Shown: positions 6,875 to 9,484 of the stretch, in pieces
Numbering within the stretch: the first letter of the stretch is position 1
How the letters are laid out: each line of letters begins with the position of its first letter
Origin: a virus
Taxonomy: Duplodnaviria > Heunggongvirae > Uroviricota > Caudoviricetes
DNA: 9,484 bases
IMG/VR virus record: IMGVR_UViG_2531839207_000025
Span: 1 to 9,484 of that record
Reading direction: 5' to 3' (one strand)
Program-made: the position numbers and the translations under genes
The notes under the pieces: model-generated
What the model was told of the DNA's origin: nothing
The model's input: the letters and a program-made list of their open reading frames with translations, nothing else
Database searches by the model: none

Positions 6875-7701
6875 AGAAATTCAAACTCTTTCAGATTCTC
6901 CCGCTTTTTGCCGCCATCCTGCTGGTTGGCTGCGATCGCGTTGAGCCAGGTAATGTGGGCATCAAAGTCAACAAGCTGGGCGACGACAAAGGCGTTGGCG
7001 AAGTGGTTGGCGTTGGCCGCTACTGGACTGGCTGGAATACCGAGGTTTACATCTTCCCGACCTTCAAACAAATGAAGACCTACGATGACCCGTTCAGCTT
7101 CCAGATGAGTGACGGCACAACCATCGGCTATCACATCGGCGTGGCCTACAAGGTCGATCCATCCAAAGTTACCACAGTGTTTCAGACCTACCGCAAAGGC
7201 GTGGACGACATTACCGACACTGACCTGCGCCAGAAGATCGCCGACGCACTCAACCGACTGGCCAGCAAAATGACCACAGATAAATTCATCGACGGTGGCA
7301 AGTCTGAACTGCTGGATTCAGCACTTAAAGATATTCAGGAAGAGATGACCCCCATCGGCATTCAGGTCATGAGCCTCTCTTATGTCGGTAAACCGGAATA
7401 TCCGCCAACCGTTATCGACAGCATTAACGCCAAAGTCACGGCAAACCAGAAAACCCTGCAACGCGAACAGGAAGTCAAGCAACGCGAAGCAGAAGCCAAC
7501 ATGTTGCGCGCAGAAGCTGCCGGACAGGCTGATGCCATTCGCACAAAAGCCCAGGCTGAAGCCGACGCCATTCGTTTACGCGGTGAAGCTCTGCGCCAGA
7601 ATCCCGGCGTTATGGAGCTGGAAGCAATCAACAAATGGAACGGCACGCTACCGCAATACATGACCAGCAATACCGCTGTTCCGTTTGTTCCGGTGAAGTA
7701 A
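6871..7701 (+). CDS. Lipoprotein with SPFH/Band-7 (stomatin/prohibitin/HflKC-like) domain, 276 aa
   Basis: N-terminus MKKFKLFQILPLFAAILLVGC has a lipobox (LVGC); the body, with a long Ala/Glu/Arg-rich predicted helix (REQEVKQREAEANMLRAEAAGQADAIRTKAQAEADAIRLRGEA), resembles SPFH-family organisation; assigned from sequence pattern, not a search. Confidence 0.75.
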   Translation: MKKFKLFQILPLFAAILLVGCDRVEPGNVGIKVNKLGDDKGVGEVVGVGRYWTGWNTEVYIFPTFKQMKTYDDPFSFQMSDGTTIGYHIGVAYKVDPSKVTTVFQTYRKGVDDITDTDLRQKIADALNRLASKMTTDKFIDGGKSELLDSALKDIQEEMTPIGIQVMSLSYVGKPEYPPTVIDSINAKVTANQKTLQREQEVKQREAEANMLRAEAAGQADAIRTKAQAEADAIRLRGEALRQNPGVMELEAINKWNGTLPQYMTSNTAVPFVPVK

Positions 7702-7707
7702 TTAAAC

Positions 7708-7732
7708 CCGGCCAGTGAAAACCGCTGGCCGG
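7708..7732 (+). terminator. GC-rich hairpin 7 bp after the SPFH gene stop; possible terminator or RNA-stability element
   Basis: ccggccag / ctggccgg 8-bp stem with a 9-nt loop; the nearest T-run (atttttt, 7745-7751) is 12 nt downstream, so not a canonical intrinsic terminator. Confidence 0.3.
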
Positions 7733-7869
7733 AGCAGTATCAGGATTTTTTAGTATGCCGTTCTCACAAAAAAACCGCTTGCCATGCCGCAATCAGTCAG
7801 GTTACATTTCCGCTGCACCTCATAAAACGGGTGCCGGGTTTCGCAGCCTGCTGACTACAAGAGCGCACA

Positions 7870-7889
7870 ACCGCGCCAGCGGTTTTTTT
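7870..7889 (+). terminator. Candidate intrinsic terminator inside the ORF-free spacer
   Basis: accgc-gcca-gcggt short hairpin immediately followed by seven T; a second T7 run at 7910-7916 has only a weak stem before it. Confidence 0.35.
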
Positions 7890-7930
7890 GTGCGTACTGT
7901 ATTGCCACGTTTTTTTCGCGTCAGAATTAT

Positions 7931-8006
7931 GGCGGGGCGTACGGGGCCGACTTCGGTCGGGCCGGGATCTCTTGTAGCCGGTACTGCGAACCTCGTACGT
8001 CTCGCC
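7931..8006 (+). ncRNA. Candidate structured RNA element, 76 nt, family unknown
   Basis: 13-bp closing stem ggcggggcgtacg (7931-7943) / cgtacgtctcgcc (7994-8006) with two G-U pairs that would be A-C mismatches on the opposite strand; internal hairpin GGGCCGAC-UUCG-GUCGGGCC (7944-7963); in an ORF-free spacer. Confidence 0.25.
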
Positions 8007-8068
8007 ACCCACAGTTTCGCAGCTCTGGATGGTGAGTTTTCACAACTTACTACAAGAGGCCACATATC

Positions 8069-8299
8069 ATGGCAAACCGCAAACAGCACCGCGCTATCGC
8101 GGAGCGTCGTCACATCCAGACTGAAATCAACCACAGACTTTCCCGCGCATCACGCGTCGCGCAAATCATGCACATCAATATGCTGCATGAGCGCAGCCAC
8201 GCACTATCAAACATTTATTCCGCCTCTGTTTTCAGCTATCTGGCGGATGATCTGCACGAGCTTCAACAGCTCATCCAGCAGCAAAACAAACTCCATTAA
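8069..8299 (+). CDS. Hypothetical protein, 76 aa
   Basis: ATG at 8069 with aagagg 9 nt upstream; ordinary amino acid composition, unlike the overlapping 206-codon frame. Confidence 0.5.
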   Translation: MANRKQHRAIAERRHIQTEINHRLSRASRVAQIMHINMLHERSHALSNIYSASVFSYLADDLHELQQLIQQQNKLH

Positions 8300-8371
8300 T
8301 TCCTGTTCCGGGCCTTTCCTGCACCTTGCGGCGGGAGGCCTTCGCACATCTGTAACAAGAGGATTGCCGCA

Positions 8372-8737
8372 ATGATTCTCGCCAACGACTTTCTTGAATA
8401 CCTGCTCAACACAGAACGTGATCTTGCCGCTCGCGTGCGTGATCGTTATGACATGTACCTGAAATCCCTGCCTGTACCGCAGCTCGCTGACGGAAAGATT
8501 GTTATTGATGGTCGCTACATGATTGACAGCCACGAGGGAAATTACAGGCTTTACCGCATTGAAGGTGGCACCCAGTCCGTTATTGGCATTTACCAGCGCC
8601 CATCCTCTGCAATCGTCGATGTGATTGCCGACAGCATCCGCATCACACATCGCCATGCCGACACAGAAGACACCGTGCTGGAAATTCAGCGGCTGGCTAC
8701 AGTCTGCCGCGACACCCTGAATGGCATGACGAAGTAA
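8372..8737 (+). CDS. Hypothetical protein, 121 aa
   Basis: ATG at 8372 with aagagg 9 nt upstream; directly precedes the large downstream gene. Confidence 0.6.
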   Translation: MILANDFLEYLLNTERDLAARVRDRYDMYLKSLPVPQLADGKIVIDGRYMIDSHEGNYRLYRIEGGTQSVIGIYQRPSSAIVDVIADSIRITHRHADTEDTVLEIQRLATVCRDTLNGMTK

Positions 8738-8743
8738 ATCACT

Positions 8744-9484
8744 ATGACGGCAGAGTACATCAGGGACTGGCAACAACCGCGCCACGCAGTGGGGCGTGAA
8801 GGAACGGGGATCCCCGCTCCTGAATCCGCGCTTTCCTCCTGGCTGGATGCCTACCGGGTAGAGAACGAGCGCCGCCAGGAAATGGCTGATGCGGCGTTCT
8901 CCGCCACGCCGCTGGGCAACCTGATTAATAAAAGCCTGGACGCACAGGAAAAACAGGACAAAACCATCACACTGGCAGGAGACGCCAGAAAACAGGCACG
9001 CGGCGCGGTGGATGAAGCCATGGCCTCGCTGCGCCTGCTGCCGTCCTATCTGCGCGATCCGCTTATTCGCCACCTCTCCTTCCTGCGCAAAAAACAGGAA
9101 GCCGATCGCCGGAAAGGCAAAAAGAGCTGGCAGGCGGAACGCTATGCACGCGGAACCCTGCGCAAAATATTCGAACGTCTGGATAGCACTGACGGACGCT
9201 GGCTGACACCGGGTTATCGCTCCCTTGCCGGACGCGAACGCCTGGACGATTTGCTTTACCTGCCGCAGCTCAACAAACACCAGATACAGACGCTGGCCAC
9301 CATGACGGCGGCGATGTTCAGCAGCACCTTCGAAAAACTCTGCGATGGCTTTGGCGCGACCGATGGCGAGCTGACCATGGATGTAACCCTGAAGGCGTAT
9401 CAGATGCTGGCCCGCATGGCGTTACACCTGCACGCCATGCCTCCACATTATGACGCACTGACAACAGACAAAGACCGGAGGAAC
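8744..9484 (+). CDS. 5' part of a large gene, open to the window end; possibly a P2 gpA-like replication initiation endonuclease
   Basis: ATG at 8744, 6 bp after the previous stop, in frame with no stop for 247 codons to the window end (missing from the track because it has no stop); the position after int-C-cox and small early ORFs corresponds to gene A in P2-like phages; sequence resemblance to gpA is from weak memory. Confidence 0.55.
   Translation, partial: MTAEYIRDWQQPRHAVGREGTGIPAPESALSSWLDAYRVENERRQEMADAAFSATPLGNLINKSLDAQEKQDKTITLAGDARKQARGAVDEAMASLRLLPSYLRDPLIRHLSFLRKKQEADRRKGKKSWQAERYARGTLRKIFERLDSTDGRWLTPGYRSLAGRERLDDLLYLPQLNKHQIQTLATMTAAMFSSTFEKLCDGFGATDGELTMDVTLKAYQMLARMALHLHAMPPHYDALTTDKDRRN

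Larger units (their letters stand above)
2845..9484. mobile_element. Integrase-proximal end of a P2/186-like prophage or phage-derived island; continues past the window end
   Basis: Gene order int - C repressor (minus) then divergent cox-like and early operon (plus), as in the P2 immunity/early region; left boundary inferred between the terminator at 2820-2843 and the int stop at 2931; right boundary not in window. Confidence 0.75.

Noticed and set aside
6142-7670. Minus-strand ORFs 6142-6450, 6610-7134 and 7380-7670, and plus-strand 7382-7663, over the coupled module
   Set aside because: They are antisense or out of frame relative to the ATGA-coupled plus-strand genes, and the translations are low-complexity; shadow ORFs.
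7745-7751. The hairpin at 7708-7732 plus the T-run at 7745-7751 as a canonical intrinsic terminator
   Set aside because: The T-run is 12 nt from the stem rather than directly after it, so I kept the hairpin only as a low-confidence feature.
7931-8006. Retron (msr/msd) or tRNA interpretation of the 76-nt structured element
   Set aside because: No reverse transcriptase-sized ORF lies nearby (the downstream genes are 76 and 121 aa), and the element has a 13-bp closing stem rather than a cloverleaf with a 7-bp acceptor stem, so neither fits; it is kept only as an unclassified candidate RNA.
7755-8375. 206-aa plus-strand ORF spanning the spacer and the 76-aa gene
   Set aside because: The translation is Ser/Thr/Arg-rich and low-complexity, it runs through the T-runs and hairpins, and it overlaps the better-supported 8069-8299 frame, which has an aagagg RBS; I treat the region as non-coding, though a short real ORF cannot be fully excluded.
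8207-9280. 357-aa minus-strand ORF overlapping the 3' part of the 121-aa gene and the large gene at the window end
   Set aside because: It is antisense to a well-supported plus-strand frame that stays open for 247 codons; its translation is Cys/Ala/Arg-rich and low-complexity with no convincing RBS, typical of a shadow ORF in GC-rich coding DNA.
1-9484. CRISPR arrays, rRNA or tRNA genes, IS elements
   Set aside because: No regularly spaced direct repeats, no cloverleaf-compatible tRNA-like segment, no rRNA-like sequence and no transposase-like ORF with terminal inverted repeats were seen; the only mobile signature is the phage integrase module.

Overview
The window covers two distinct regions. 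Positions 1-2843 are the conserved enterobacterial aromatic amino acid locus: the 3' end of aroF, tyrA, a convergent terminator, then on the minus strand pheA, its attenuator, the pheL leader peptide, the pheL promoter and an upstream terminator. From about 2845 to the window end is the integrase-proximal end of a P2/186-like temperate phage or phage-derived island: a P2-type integrase and C repressor on the minus strand, then a rightward early operon starting with a Cox-like protein. That operon carries a run of small ORFs I do not recognise, including a 37-codon hydrophobic ORF absent from the ORF track. Four of its genes are linked by ATGA stop/start overlaps and end in a lipoprotein with an SPFH/Band-7-like domain. 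It is followed by a roughly 370-bp ORF-free, structure-rich spacer that may encode a structured RNA, two small ORFs, and the 5' part of a large gene running off the window that may be a P2 gpA-like replication protein. I found no rRNA, tRNA, CRISPR array or IS element. All homology statements come from reading the translations against remembered protein sequences; no database search was run. The most promising candidates for an undescribed system are the coupled four-gene SPFH module (6256-7701) and the structured spacer (7702-8068).
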